Source: a virus
Length of the DNA: 64,000 nucleotides
Strand: one strand, 5' to 3'
Virus record (IMG/VR): IMGVR_UViG_3300008117_000088
Span: 1 to 64,000 of that record
The notes beneath the pieces were generated by a model. That model saw only the letters and a program-made list of their open reading frames with translations, was not told where the DNA came from and made no database searches. Position 1 is the stretch's first letter; each line of letters starts with the position of its first letter. This document shows, one piece after another, positions 15,646-24,839 of this stretch. A program made the position numbers and the translations under genes.

Positions 15646-16094
15646 TTACGAGGATCCTCCAAATACAGATCCTGTTGTTTATCTAACTCTGCCTTTATAT
15701 CTGACCAGCTTTTCATACCGGTTCTGGTATCTGGTCGGAACTTATGGTCTAGGTATACAGGGTCTAAAAACAGCAATACCCTAAAACCGAACTCTAATAG
15801 TTTTTTACTCAGGTCTACATCTGAAGTAACTACATAATCTACTGGACCCTGGGATCTACACCACTCTGCTTGTCTAAAAAGCACATCATCTAAGGCTCCG
15901 GGAAGTTTTTGATCAACTATGTTGTCTACTTGCAGAATCTTGTTTTCTCTTAACCAGCGGTCTGCTTTTTCTTTATCCTCACATAAAAGGATTACAGCCA
16001 TCTTTTCTTTTAGGGTTCGATACAAGGCTAACCCGTCTTTTATGGCTACTCCTTTGTTGGAAAGCACGCCATCTATATACATCAAAACCGCCAC
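15642..16094 (-). CDS. HAD-like protein
   Basis: VLMYIDGVL N-terminal motif; WL..N helix. Confidence 0.5.
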   Translation of the reverse strand: MAVLMYIDGVLSNKGVAIKDGLALYRTLKEKMAVILLCEDKEKADRWLRENKILQVDNIVDQKLPGALDDVLFRQAEWCRSQGPVDYVVTSDVDLSKKLLEFGFRVLLFLDPVYLDHKFRPDTRTGMKSWSDIKAELDKQQDLYLEDPRK

Positions 16095-16118
16095 AGTTTA
16101 TGCTCCGTCGACTCTCTG

Positions 16119-17051
16119 CTACTGCTTGTAGGTAGCTGCTCTCCTAATAAGGGTTGAAACTGAAGGTAACTCTATACCATACGTGGCTGCTGAAAACTCT
16201 TTAGCGGACATATCTGATATTTCTTTCATTTTGGCAAGCGCCTGAACAATTCCAGACTCTTTACCAGCCTGCCACCTGAAGTTAGCAAAATCTAAATAGC
16301 CTTCCCCAGACTCACTAAACGCATATTTGCGACCTTCATGAATCTCATCGTACAAAGCAGCTCCTTGATCAACAGCCAGTTTAAGTGCTCGCTCTGCGTT
16401 TAATCTTGATGCTGGGTTTGTAGCCGTTTGTATTTGTTGCAGTGCTGCTGCATATCTTGCAATTAACTCTGCAACTCTGGTTTTGTCTGACTCTGATTTA
16501 GATACCCAATCTCCGCTGTTTGGTGCTTGAACAACTGTTGGCTCTACTACCCAATCATCATTAATTAACGAATAAGCCGCATATGGTTTGATCTTTTTTA
16601 TATCTGTCTGTACGTTTACATAGAATGTAAGTTCAAAAGTATTTAAAAACTCTGTTGTTTGCGGCCACAATTCTTCACGAAAGTGCTCATTAAACATCTG
16701 CGAAATCTCTTTGTCGCTTAATCCCGAATATTTTGTGTTGGCGCGACGGAACCCGTTGTAGTCAACTCCAACTAAGCAATCTAGATCTCCTGGCCATCTT
16801 TTAGCTGCCCACTGGTGCGATACGCCGGAACCCGCCAACCATGCGTAAGTCCAATCGTATGGGCTTTGGTATTTGGAGGATAAGTGGTTAAACAATACGG
16901 TCAAGACCGCATTTCTAACTGATGGTATTAACTTATTGTTTCTAAATAATCTTGGATCTAAACCTACTTGCGGGGCGCTAAAATACGAAGTCTGTGATGG
17001 CTCTATATTTACTGGTGTTGCTTTTGCGGCCAGCGCTTCGTAAAAGTCCAT
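16119..17051 (-). CDS. Pol-beta-superfamily nucleotidyltransferase
   Basis: LAGSGVS...GDLDCLV (GS...DxD); ELTFYVN. Confidence 0.75.
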   Translation of the reverse strand: MDFYEALAAKATPVNIEPSQTSYFSAPQVGLDPRLFRNNKLIPSVRNAVLTVLFNHLSSKYQSPYDWTYAWLAGSGVSHQWAAKRWPGDLDCLVGVDYNGFRRANTKYSGLSDKEISQMFNEHFREELWPQTTEFLNTFELTFYVNVQTDIKKIKPYAAYSLINDDWVVEPTVVQAPNSGDWVSKSESDKTRVAELIARYAAALQQIQTATNPASRLNAERALKLAVDQGAALYDEIHEGRKYAFSESGEGYLDFANFRWQAGKESGIVQALAKMKEISDMSAKEFSAATYGIELPSVSTLIRRAATYKQ

Positions 17052-17065
17052 GACTTTATTTTATG

Positions 17066-17641
17066 CTATTTACGCTGGGTATAGGTGTGTATATCTCCGG
17101 CAGTAAAGGCATCCCATTGTTTTGCAATCTCAATTGACTTGCGGATCATCTTCTCTGCTTGTTCGGGGGTCCTACATTTCTCATAACCTTGAGCACACAT
17201 AGCTCCAAGGGCATAGGACGAACCACTACCGGCTATGTATATGTTTCTTTCTTCTCTGTCCCATGAGTAATCCTCAAATATTGGATATAAAACCCCTTGA
17301 ATGGAAACGATTAAATTAGAGTCAAAGCTAGCTGTGTCCCCGTCGTCCTTCATATCAAAACCAGAATCAATAAATAACTTTCTTAGTTCTGGTATAAACC
17401 TTTTGGTCATAAAAGTGTCTAGGGCCTGTAAAGTTAAAGTTGACTTTGGCTTTGGTGGTTTCCAACCAAATTGGACCAAGTTACCGCCTCTTGATGCTCC
17501 GGCTACGGCAATTAAATATCCGTTGTTCTCTACAACCTTTGGTGTTGCTAGTTGCATGACCATGCCGTTGTCTTCAGTTGCACGACTATCGCAACCTATT
17601 GCGGTCCAGCCGTTACCTTGAACTGCCACTAATGTGGTCAA
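17066..17641 (-). CDS. proteasome-beta/HslV-like Ntn hydrolase
   Basis: N-terminal MTT, GCDSRAT, K, GSGSSYALGA, D..TAG. Confidence 0.85.
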   Translation of the reverse strand: MTTLVAVQGNGWTAIGCDSRATEDNGMVMQLATPKVVENNGYLIAVAGASRGGNLVQFGWKPPKPKSTLTLQALDTFMTKRFIPELRKLFIDSGFDMKDDGDTASFDSNLIVSIQGVLYPIFEDYSWDREERNIYIAGSGSSYALGAMCAQGYEKCRTPEQAEKMIRKSIEIAKQWDAFTAGDIHTYTQRK

Positions 17642-17659
17642 TTTGGGTCCCCTCTGTCG

Positions 17660-17950
17660 TTACAGAATCTCTCGCTCCGTCAAAGCATGCCGTATAGCCT
17701 CACTAGTTCGCTGGCTATCCGACCTGTTAGCGGACGAAAGTTTGTTGACTATGTGGGTAGCCAAATCCTCATCTGCTAAAAACTCATACATTTCACGGCA
17801 ACCTGTCTTTACATCGTGCCGTTGGGACTCTCGTTCAATTGTGAAAGCCTGGGACATATCTGTAATCACCAACCAACTGCCGTCCCATTGCTTTGCCAAG
17901 ATAAAAGCAGTCTCTGTGTCTGCTCTTTCTATTTTTGCAATTTCTTCCAT
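17660..17950 (-). CDS. hypothetical protein
   Basis: ORF track; TAATG coupling. Confidence 0.65.
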   Translation of the reverse strand: MEEIAKIERADTETAFILAKQWDGSWLVITDMSQAFTIERESQRHDVKTGCREMYEFLADEDLATHIVNKLSSANRSDSQRTSEAIRHALTEREIL

Positions 17951-18507
17951 TAGTTATACAAACCTTTTTCTTCATTGTGCTTCTTCATGTTGTATGACTT
18001 AACTGGGCAAAAATCACACAAATAAGCTTTAGGAAGTTTGCTTGGATCTAATCCAGCCTCAACTCTTTCTTTGGCTGTGTCAGGAGTTAACATCTTTTTA
18101 TCTGACTTGTAGTCAGGGCATTGACCTTTTGGTCTGTTATGTTGTCTATAACACTCTAATGCGTCGGCTGAAAAATTGGCTTTAGTGTCGTAAAAGTTAG
18201 TTTTAAATACGTCAAGACCTGGTGATCCCTTACGTAATTGATCAACAATTTGTTGTCTTGAGTCTTTATGTTGCCAAATAGCTGTTGGAACATCAAACAA
18301 CAACCCTTTAGGGCATTTACTTTCTGGGTGACGTTCAACTATTGAAGGCAAAAATGGATTGTTTTTTTGATCGTGACCTAAAGATCCGTCTGGTTTAGTG
18401 ATTGGATATCTATCGTCATACCAAATTTCTTCCATGGTATTGCAACTAAAACAGGCTAATACAAGGACCTTTGGTACTTCGTCTAAATGCTTGGCGGTTG
18501 TTGACAT
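17950..18507 (-). CDS. Cys-rich hypothetical protein
   Basis: CFSC, C...C, LCDFCPV; TAGTCT 6 nt upstream of ATG. Confidence 0.7.
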   Translation of the reverse strand: MSTTAKHLDEVPKVLVLACFSCNTMEEIWYDDRYPITKPDGSLGHDQKNNPFLPSIVERHPESKCPKGLLFDVPTAIWQHKDSRQQIVDQLRKGSPGLDVFKTNFYDTKANFSADALECYRQHNRPKGQCPDYKSDKKMLTPDTAKERVEAGLDPSKLPKAYLCDFCPVKSYNMKKHNEEKGLYN

Positions 18508-18523
18508 GCGCCAAGACTACCAC

Positions 18524-18946
18524 CTAATCCCGGGGGCGTCGAACGTTCACTGGGTTACCGCCAATAGGCTTGCAACCACCAGTTGTCTCACAAGTTACGT
18601 TCTCTGTGTTAGCACGACGGCATCCACCGCTTGGACATGGCGCTTCCATGCCTTTTGGGACTCCGCGAGAACGAGCACGAACCTCATGAAATGCAGTTCT
18701 TGCAGCCTCAGCCTTTCCTCGATCTCCTCGAGTAGCGGCTGCAATAAAATCTGCTGAATGCTTTGCCATTTGCTGATGCAATGGGTTATCGCTATCTGCG
18801 CCAGGAACACGGCTGTGGATTGGGTTGTTTTTTCCGCCAGGTAGCTCATGCTCACGTGAAATGGCTGCGCCTACTTCTCGGCGTTGCTTGCGACCGGCTT
18901 CGTATTTATCCGCTGCTACGTCTGCTGAGTCTTTCTCATCTGCCAT
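18524..18946 (-). CDS. hypothetical protein
   Basis: ORF track; SD GAGG. Confidence 0.65.
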   Translation of the reverse strand: MADEKDSADVAADKYEAGRKQRREVGAAISREHELPGGKNNPIHSRVPGADSDNPLHQQMAKHSADFIAAATRGDRGKAEAARTAFHEVRARSRGVPKGMEAPCPSGGCRRANTENVTCETTGGCKPIGGNPVNVRRPRD

Positions 18947-18948
18947 GA

Positions 18949-19128
18949 CTATTTACCTCTCAGTTTATTAACAGCGGCCATTCCGCCTTTATCAAAAACT
19001 TCTTCTTCGCGCTGATGCGCTAATTGTCTTTCTTTAGCCGCAATAAAGTCATCTGGTGATGCAAGTGCTCCCATGCCAATAGGTGTTGGCCATGGAGCAT
19101 CTTTAAATTGACCTTTTGCGGGTTTCAT
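18949..19128 (-). CDS. 59-aa protein MKPAKGQFKDAPWPTP...
   Basis: Translated by hand; TAATG coupling; fills the gap exactly. Confidence 0.6.
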   Translation of the reverse strand: MKPAKGQFKDAPWPTPIGMGALASPDDFIAAKERQLAHQREEEVFDKGGMAAVNKLRGK

Positions 19129-19337
19129 TAATTACCTGCTGGGTTTACCTTTGCTGATTCTTCTGAATTAACAAATCCATAATTCATGTATGGGTGTAAA
19201 CCGGAGCGGTTCTTAACAACAATTTGATCTCCCATACCTGCGGAGACTTCTGTGTTTGGACGGCGCTTGCGGTACTTTCCGTCTGTTGCTCCCTCAAGAA
19301 GGGATGCGTTTTCTGAACGTGCTTTACGAACGGTCAT
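19128..19337 (-). CDS. small hypothetical protein
   Basis: ORF track; ATGA overlap. Confidence 0.65.
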   Translation of the reverse strand: MTVRKARSENASLLEGATDGKYRKRRPNTEVSAGMGDQIVVKNRSGLHPYMNYGFVNSEESAKVNPAGN

Positions 19338-19564
19338 GCCATCCGTCCTTTCACTAGTTTTGCGTGGTTACGGCGTGTGCAGTTTGGGCACATTCCGCTC
19401 GAATGCAAAACCTCTACAGGGTTCATAGCGATACCGCACTCGATACACGGCTTTGACCCATTGTAATAGGTTTTCTTCAAATCTTGTTGCGTTTCTAGGG
19501 ATGTATCAACAGTTCCGGCCATTCCCTCGCCGGTGCTATCGGTTAAAAGTCCTGGATCTTTCAT
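19334..19564 (-). CDS. small zinc-ribbon protein
   Basis: CIEC...CPNC. Confidence 0.7.
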   Translation of the reverse strand: MKDPGLLTDSTGEGMAGTVDTSLETQQDLKKTYYNGSKPCIECGIAMNPVEVLHSSGMCPNCTRRNHAKLVKGRMA

Positions 19565-19566
19565 TA

Positions 19567-19905
19567 TCAGCTCTTTATCTTTATGGTTTTTTTGTCTTTT
19601 TTGGACAGTTCATCTCTAAAAGAACTGTTTCTACGAGCGTCTGCAACTGAAGCTCCATAAGCAGCCGCTGCTCCTGACTTACGCATGTTAACTAGATCAG
19701 TGCTTACCTGGTTGTAATGTTCTGGGGTTAAAGCGGTAAAAGCACCATTTCTAGGCTCAATAACCGTTACGTTTTGTGAAAATTTTGTTTTCTTATGCCC
19801 AGCTAACGCTGAGGATGAAAACGAATCTACAGTTTCAGGAAGTTCAATTCCTCGGTTTTTAAAACCCATTAAACTTTTAGGGAACTGGTCTTGATTTGGA
19901 TTCAT
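19567..19905 (-). CDS. hypothetical protein (MNPNQDQF...)
   Basis: ORF track; SD GAGGGG. Confidence 0.65.
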   Translation of the reverse strand: MNPNQDQFPKSLMGFKNRGIELPETVDSFSSSALAGHKKTKFSQNVTVIEPRNGAFTALTPEHYNQVSTDLVNMRKSGAAAAYGASVADARRNSSFRDELSKKDKKTIKIKS

Positions 19906-20078
19906 TATTTCCCCTCAAATGAGTCTTCGATTTGATCTTCTAAAGGCTTAGCGTTTTTACCTTGGCAAGTTGGGCAAGTCTCCATTGAATAATCACTTTT
20001 ATCTTGTGATACCCAACCAAGATATCCACGACCATAACATTCTGGGCAGGACTTAAAGTCTTTGTTATTACGACCCAT
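19905..20078 (-). CDS. 57-aa DnaJ-type CxxCxGxG zinc-finger protein
   Basis: Translated by hand: MGRNNKDFKSCPECYGRG...CPTCQGK. Confidence 0.65.
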   Translation of the reverse strand: MGRNNKDFKSCPECYGRGYLGWVSQDKSDYSMETCPTCQGKNAKPLEDQIEDSFEGK

Positions 20079-20079
20079 C

Positions 20080-20430
20080 TTAAACGCCCTTTCCTAAAGT
20101 GTTGCGACTTGTAGACTCTTGAGTTGTAGGTTCTCCCGAGAAATCGTTTCGTTGTCTCGGGCGACCACTAAGTTCAATGATATCTTCAATACCAAGTTCT
20201 TCTTGTACATACCCGTATCTATCTGGGAAAAGTTCGATTTGTGGCAGGTTTGGTCGAACATGTTGTTGTAATTCTTCAGAAGTCATGGTGTAAGCCGCTA
20301 AAGACTGACTTACCAAGCGTTCCATGTTGGATGCAAAAGGACCAATGTATGCCTGTGGAGGGTACGCCGCCTCTGTTGGGGCTACCCAAGGTTTACGTGC
20401 GTAAACTCCGTCTTGATATTTTCCTGCCAT
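20080..20430 (-). CDS. hypothetical protein
   Basis: ORF track. Confidence 0.65.
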   Translation of the reverse strand: MAGKYQDGVYARKPWVAPTEAAYPPQAYIGPFASNMERLVSQSLAAYTMTSEELQQHVRPNLPQIELFPDRYGYVQEELGIEDIIELSGRPRQRNDFSGEPTTQESTSRNTLGKGV

Positions 20431-20431
20431 G

Positions 20432-20971
20432 TTATTTCCAACCTGGACGCATGTTAGACAATTGACTAATGCGTTTTTGATTCATTGTGTATGGGGAATC
20501 ACTACGTACCGAAGGACCGGCTTTTCCGTCGTTTGGTAAGTGTGGAGCTGGGGCTAACTTGGCTACATCCGCATTGCGGGGCGCCATTCTTACTCCATTG
20601 ACCATTACGCTTTTCATTTGACGTTTAATTCCACGATCCGCTTCAAGCCCGGATGGGTAATAATAGTCTGATGGATCAATACGCTCACCACGGTGAACAC
20701 CACGTTGATAAGAACGCTGACCAACGCGATTCTTTACGCCATCTAAAACCTTATCGGAAGTGCTGGAAGATCTACCGCGATCATCTCGACGGCTACGAAT
20801 TGTTCCTAAATAACCATTCGGATATTCGGCCTGAGGTTCACGACCAACACCCATTCGCAAAAAGTCCATTTCAGAACGAGCGACGGGTACGCCACCACCA
20901 CCATAGGTTGTATTAGTGGCATACATGCCACCTGCGCCAAGTGATTGGACGTTTTGATGTGGACTAGGCAT
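20432..20971 (-). CDS. hypothetical protein (R/G-rich)
   Basis: ORF track; TACAAT 6 nt upstream of ATG. Confidence 0.7.
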   Translation of the reverse strand: MPSPHQNVQSLGAGGMYATNTTYGGGGVPVARSEMDFLRMGVGREPQAEYPNGYLGTIRSRRDDRGRSSSTSDKVLDGVKNRVGQRSYQRGVHRGERIDPSDYYYPSGLEADRGIKRQMKSVMVNGVRMAPRNADVAKLAPAPHLPNDGKAGPSVRSDSPYTMNQKRISQLSNMRPGWK

Positions 20972-20994
20972 TCTCTAATTGTAAGTTAGGGAGC

Positions 20995-22167
20995 CTAAGC
21001 AATCACAGTTAACTCTCTGCGTGGATCAAAACCATCGCCCACCACCATGGAAACTATGCCGGGGGCGCTCTCTAAACCGCTCTTATCCCTGAACCAAGCG
21101 GATCCATTGTCCATGGTTGGGTTTTGAACAAACAATCTAGGACCAACGCTTCTTGTGTAATAGTGATGGAAATGACCAACATTTAAAATATCTGCCTGAG
21201 CAACTGAACAACGACCAAGGGCTTGACCTTGCCACCACTTAATCATGTCTTTTGCTTGATGACCATGAGCCATTCCGTAAAGAACACCGCTCACCTTTAT
21301 TGCCAATGTGCTGTCATCTTTAGCTGGAAATCTAAATTCAACTTTATCTTTTAAGTATTCGTTTTCTGCACAAGCGTCTGCTACAGCAGCGACTACTTCA
21401 ATTTGCCATGAATCTTCCGGTCTACCGACTAAAAAGCGCTGCACTTCATCGTGGTTTCCAGGAACAACAGGGACAATAATTTTATCCGCTAACTGGGCAA
21501 AAGCCTTAATCTGTGACAAAAGGACTCTGCGACCAACTCGTACTTGTTCTGAAACACCTATGTCGTGACGCCCCATGACTTTACCCTTTTGGCTTGTCAT
21601 ACCTTCAACGCAGTCTCCAAGTTGGGAAAGAACAACTTGATTGATTCCATATTGAGCTGCAATTCTCTTATGGTGCTCAACTGTTGAGTTTATTGATCCA
21701 AGAACTCTATCTATGATTGCTGGAGTGTCGTCTTTTCCATATTGTGTATCGCTAATACTGTAGATTGCGGTCAAATCACCTTTAAAACTTTGTACATTTT
21801 GTGGAACCCACGTTGAAAGTTTTTCAATTAAAGCTTCTTTGTCATAATCGTTTGAACTACTGGATGTTACTGGAACTACATTAACTCTAAATGATTCTAA
21901 CCATTCTCCATCGTACCTTTGCCATCTAGACCTTCTATGCGATATTACTGCCCACTCTTCCGGGTTTAAATTTGCTTCTCTTAATATTTCTTCAGCACCT
22001 GGGGTTGTTCCGTCTGGTCTTGGGGTTGAGATTACAAAACCGCCATCTGTGCCAATTTCTGATCTAGGACGCCAAGCTTCTGGGATGTCCTTTGTTACCG
22101 AGTCTGACCCTTCTTGACCAGCGTTTATAAACTTAGAAAACTCATCTTTTATTGACATGAGCACCAT
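20995..22167 (-). CDS. calcineurin-like metallophosphoesterase
   Basis: SDTQ, LGD, GNHD, HGH, GHFH motifs. Confidence 0.85.
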   Translation of the reverse strand: MVLMSIKDEFSKFINAGQEGSDSVTKDIPEAWRPRSEIGTDGGFVISTPRPDGTTPGAEEILREANLNPEEWAVISHRRSRWQRYDGEWLESFRVNVVPVTSSSSNDYDKEALIEKLSTWVPQNVQSFKGDLTAIYSISDTQYGKDDTPAIIDRVLGSINSTVEHHKRIAAQYGINQVVLSQLGDCVEGMTSQKGKVMGRHDIGVSEQVRVGRRVLLSQIKAFAQLADKIIVPVVPGNHDEVQRFLVGRPEDSWQIEVVAAVADACAENEYLKDKVEFRFPAKDDSTLAIKVSGVLYGMAHGHQAKDMIKWWQGQALGRCSVAQADILNVGHFHHYYTRSVGPRLFVQNPTMDNGSAWFRDKSGLESAPGIVSMVVGDGFDPRRELTVIA

Positions 22168-22382
22168 TTATTTCTGTGAGATTTAAAAGTGGTTAATCCT
22201 ACGTCAAGATCATCAAACTTTGCTATTAAAAACCTATGCAAACTTGCTGTTGACGCGGATTCTGATAATAGATCAATAATTTCTTGTTGTAATTGATCGT
22301 CTTTGTTTGCCAACCATTGACCCATAGAACAAAAACCCTTGCTGTTAATAGCAATGGGAGTTGGCGTAGGTGTTATCTCCAT
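22149..22382 (-). CDS. small hypothetical protein (C...HR..WCSC)
   Basis: ORF track. Confidence 0.6.
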   Translation of the reverse strand: MEITPTPTPIAINSKGFCSMGQWLANKDDQLQQEIIDLLSESASTASLHRFLIAKFDDLDVGLTTFKSHRNKWCSCQ

Positions 22383-22427
22383 TGCACGTATTAAATCACA
22401 GCCGTGTAATTGGGTGCAAAATAGAAT

Positions 22428-22448
22428 GCCCCCCTTACGGTGGGGGGC
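22428..22448. terminator. GC hairpin
   Basis: GCCCCCC-loop-GGGGGGC. Confidence 0.55.
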
Positions 22449-22465
22449 TAACCGCCTAGGTATTA

Positions 22466-22789
22466 CTAGGATTGACTGCTGATGCCCTCTTTAAAGTTTG
22501 GGGCAGTGCGACGAACAGCAGCCGAGAACAAGCGACCATTTGCTTGGGTCATTCCGGCTTCCGGTGCTGCATATGAAGGCATTGAAACTTTGATTCCGCC
22601 ATAAGTAGCTTTACCAGTTGCCTTTTTATTTGTTCGTGCAGGCTTTGCCTGCTTGTAAGGGTCCGCAGCTTGTGCGCCCTTCTTCTTTACAAGTTTTGCT
22701 TTTCCGGTGCCTTCAGCGGAAGCGTTGCGGAATCCGCGAGCTGCGCTGGTGCCCATAGTTTCAAACTTGCTCTTGCTTGATTCTTCCAT
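22466..22789 (-). CDS. basic hypothetical protein
   Basis: SD AGAGG; K/A-rich. Confidence 0.7.
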   Translation of the reverse strand: MEESSKSKFETMGTSAARGFRNASAEGTGKAKLVKKKGAQAADPYKQAKPARTNKKATGKATYGGIKVSMPSYAAPEAGMTQANGRLFSAAVRRTAPNFKEGISSQS

Positions 22790-22834
22790 AGTTACCTCTT
22801 TTGGCCAAAGGGTTGAAATTAAAATGTACCAGTA

Positions 22835-23107
22835 CTACGTGGTTTTTACTTCGAATACGATGGCCGAAATCTGACCATCATGGCTTTCGATGCTGGCAAA
22901 ACCTGGAACGCATACTAGATCGATGCCTCGTGGAGCGGTGTAACCGCGAGCAATAGCAATGGCTTTTACAGCTTGATTGACTGCTCCGGCTCCTACAGCT
23001 CTGATCTTGCATCCACGTGTTTCATACACGCTGTGTGCAATTGCTGAGGCAACGGATTGTGGGTTTGATCCTGCGCTTACACGTAAGATCTGTTCTTCTG
23101 TAGACAT
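22835..23107 (-). CDS. spoVS: SpoVS-family (Alba-like) protein
   Basis: LRVSAGSNPQSVASAIA...AVGAGAVNQAVKAIAIARG...GIDLVCVPGF matches the SpoVS signature. Confidence 0.9.
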   Translation of the reverse strand: MSTEEQILRVSAGSNPQSVASAIAHSVYETRGCKIRAVGAGAVNQAVKAIAIARGYTAPRGIDLVCVPGFASIESHDGQISAIVFEVKTT

Positions 23108-23186
23108 GTTGTGAACCTCTGAGTACGTTTAGTGGGTCTCCCTAACGTAAATTATGAGGGGTCTTTATTAGGGTGTAACGCTAAAC

Positions 23187-23396
23187 CTAGGGTTTGTCTA
23201 AAGGGGTTGGAGCCTTGGCAAAAGTGCCACAAGAAGCACACTCCATGTCTAGGAAATACGTGGATATCTCATAGTCTTCAAAACAAGCCTTGATATTCCA
23301 TATATTTGACTCGCATACAGGGCATTCATGAAGGACCTGGTCTTGATAGTCCAAAGATCCTGAGTAATCAGGCTTTAGTTGGCGAATCGATTTCAC
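23187..23396 (-). CDS. zinc-ribbon protein
   Basis: CPVC...CASC. Confidence 0.7.
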   Translation of the reverse strand: MKSIRQLKPDYSGSLDYQDQVLHECPVCESNIWNIKACFEDYEISTYFLDMECASCGTFAKAPTPLDKP

Positions 23397-23610
23397 TTTT
23401 TAACTTCTCTACTAGGGCTCTATTTTCCTCTAGTTGCTTTTCGATTGCCTCAATCTCTGACTCGGACAGTTTCTCTTTATTAGTCTCGTAAATCCGAACG
23501 CCCGCTTCTAGTGCCTGTTCAAATAAGTAAAGCTGTTGAATACGCCTAGCTCTGATGAACTCTTGTTGTTCTGCTTTGCGCTGTGCTCTTTTATCCTGAG
23601 TCTTGCTCAT
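23368..23610 (-). CDS. coiled-coil hypothetical protein
   Basis: ATGA overlap at 23610. Confidence 0.65.
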   Translation of the reverse strand: MSKTQDKRAQRKAEQQEFIRARRIQQLYLFEQALEAGVRIYETNKEKLSESEIEAIEKQLEENRALVEKLKSEIDSPTKA

Positions 23611-23780
23611 CCTTGTCCTCCCCAACCGCCACCTTTAAAATGTAATCCGGGCGCTGTCCAAATCCTAGTTAAAGTACTTTTACACAACTCGCATGAATAT
23701 TCTTGCTCAGGTTCGTCAAACCCTCGCATAAAGGTAGTGCGATCACCGCAGTTATCGCATACATATTCGTAAGTTGGCAT
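23607..23780 (-). CDS. FmdB-family zinc-ribbon protein
   Basis: Translated by hand: MPTYEYVCDNCG...CELC...FKGGGW. Confidence 0.85.
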   Translation of the reverse strand: MPTYEYVCDNCGDRTTFMRGFDEPEQEYSCELCKSTLTRIWTAPGLHFKGGGWGGQG

Positions 23781-24349
23781 TATCGCTCTCTATATTCTGC
23801 TGAGTTCAGCTTATCGTAAACTTCTTTTTCGTAGCTTAGTTTAGCCTTTCCAGAAACAATATGTGCTAAACCATATGAATCAGCAGCATTATCATCTGTA
23901 AACTCTGCGCCCCATTTCTTGTATACGTTAAGGAGGATTTGGCTCTTTGAAGTGCCTTGTCCTTTACCGGTTACGTATTTCTTAAGGCTGGTGGGTGGGA
24001 CTATTAATGGGTATTTTCCAGCCTCTAGTCCTTTGAGTTTATACAAAGTAAGTTTAACTACTCCGCCAAGTTCACCTAACATGTTAGCCATTTGAGATCC
24101 AAATGCATAACCTTCTATGGCTACATCTTTTACTACGGCATTTGCCATAGACTCGTTTAGGGTTTCAATTATGTGGTTTTCAATTTCGTTTAAGCGCTCA
24201 GGGCCACGAGTTTCAAACCTAGCAACTGTGGTTTTGTAAGAGCCGTCTTCAGCAAAAGCAGTCATAGCAAATCCGCTATAGGACTGATCAATGCCTATAT
24301 AAAGATCAGAACCGTGTGTGTATCCGGGTCCAAAAGACTTTAGTCTCAA
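23780..24349 (-). CDS. ruvC: RuvC-like Holliday junction resolvase
   Basis: IGIDQS, IEGY, ELGG, KKYVTGKG, DNAADSY. Confidence 0.85.
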   Translation of the reverse strand: MRLKSFGPGYTHGSDLYIGIDQSYSGFAMTAFAEDGSYKTTVARFETRGPERLNEIENHIIETLNESMANAVVKDVAIEGYAFGSQMANMLGELGGVVKLTLYKLKGLEAGKYPLIVPPTSLKKYVTGKGQGTSKSQILLNVYKKWGAEFTDDNAADSYGLAHIVSGKAKLSYEKEVYDKLNSAEYRER

Positions 24350-24837
24350 GGGAACATCCTTGTACTCTTATTAAAAGAAGATGTGCGTCTAGTTAACTCA
24401 CGACTTACTAATTGAGTGTTTCTATCTATGTTGTTAACCATAACTTCAATTAGTTTTTTGTAGGCGTATTTAGCTGACACCGCCTCTCTCATTTCGATTA
24501 TCTCTGGGTCTGCGGATAGTCGAGCCTTTGTTAGCGTTATGGTTTCTTTTTTATTATTTTCATGAGCTGCAATAAATCTTTTACTTTCAAGAAAATCAAG
24601 CGATTGTTCTGCATTTTTTTCATCAATTAAAGCACAAGAATATTGGGCAGATAGGAAATTGGCATAGGCAGTTAGTTCAGCAAATAGATTCATCAGACCT
24701 TCGTCGTCTAACTCAGTTATATCTGTAGGCACGGAAGGTATTGCAATTTCCATACGTGTGGAGAAGTTGAGACCTTGGTTCTTTAATACATCAATAATAG
24801 ATTCGCTAGATCCAACATTGATTGCTAGTTCTCCCAT
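24346..24837 (-). CDS. helical protein, possible recombination mediator
   Basis: Coiled-coil ending SRELTRR; lies among recombination genes. Confidence 0.5.
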   Translation of the reverse strand: MGELAINVGSSESIIDVLKNQGLNFSTRMEIAIPSVPTDITELDDEGLMNLFAELTAYANFLSAQYSCALIDEKNAEQSLDFLESKRFIAAHENNKKETITLTKARLSADPEIIEMREAVSAKYAYKKLIEVMVNNIDRNTQLVSRELTRRTSSFNKSTRMFP

Positions 24838-24839
24838 GT

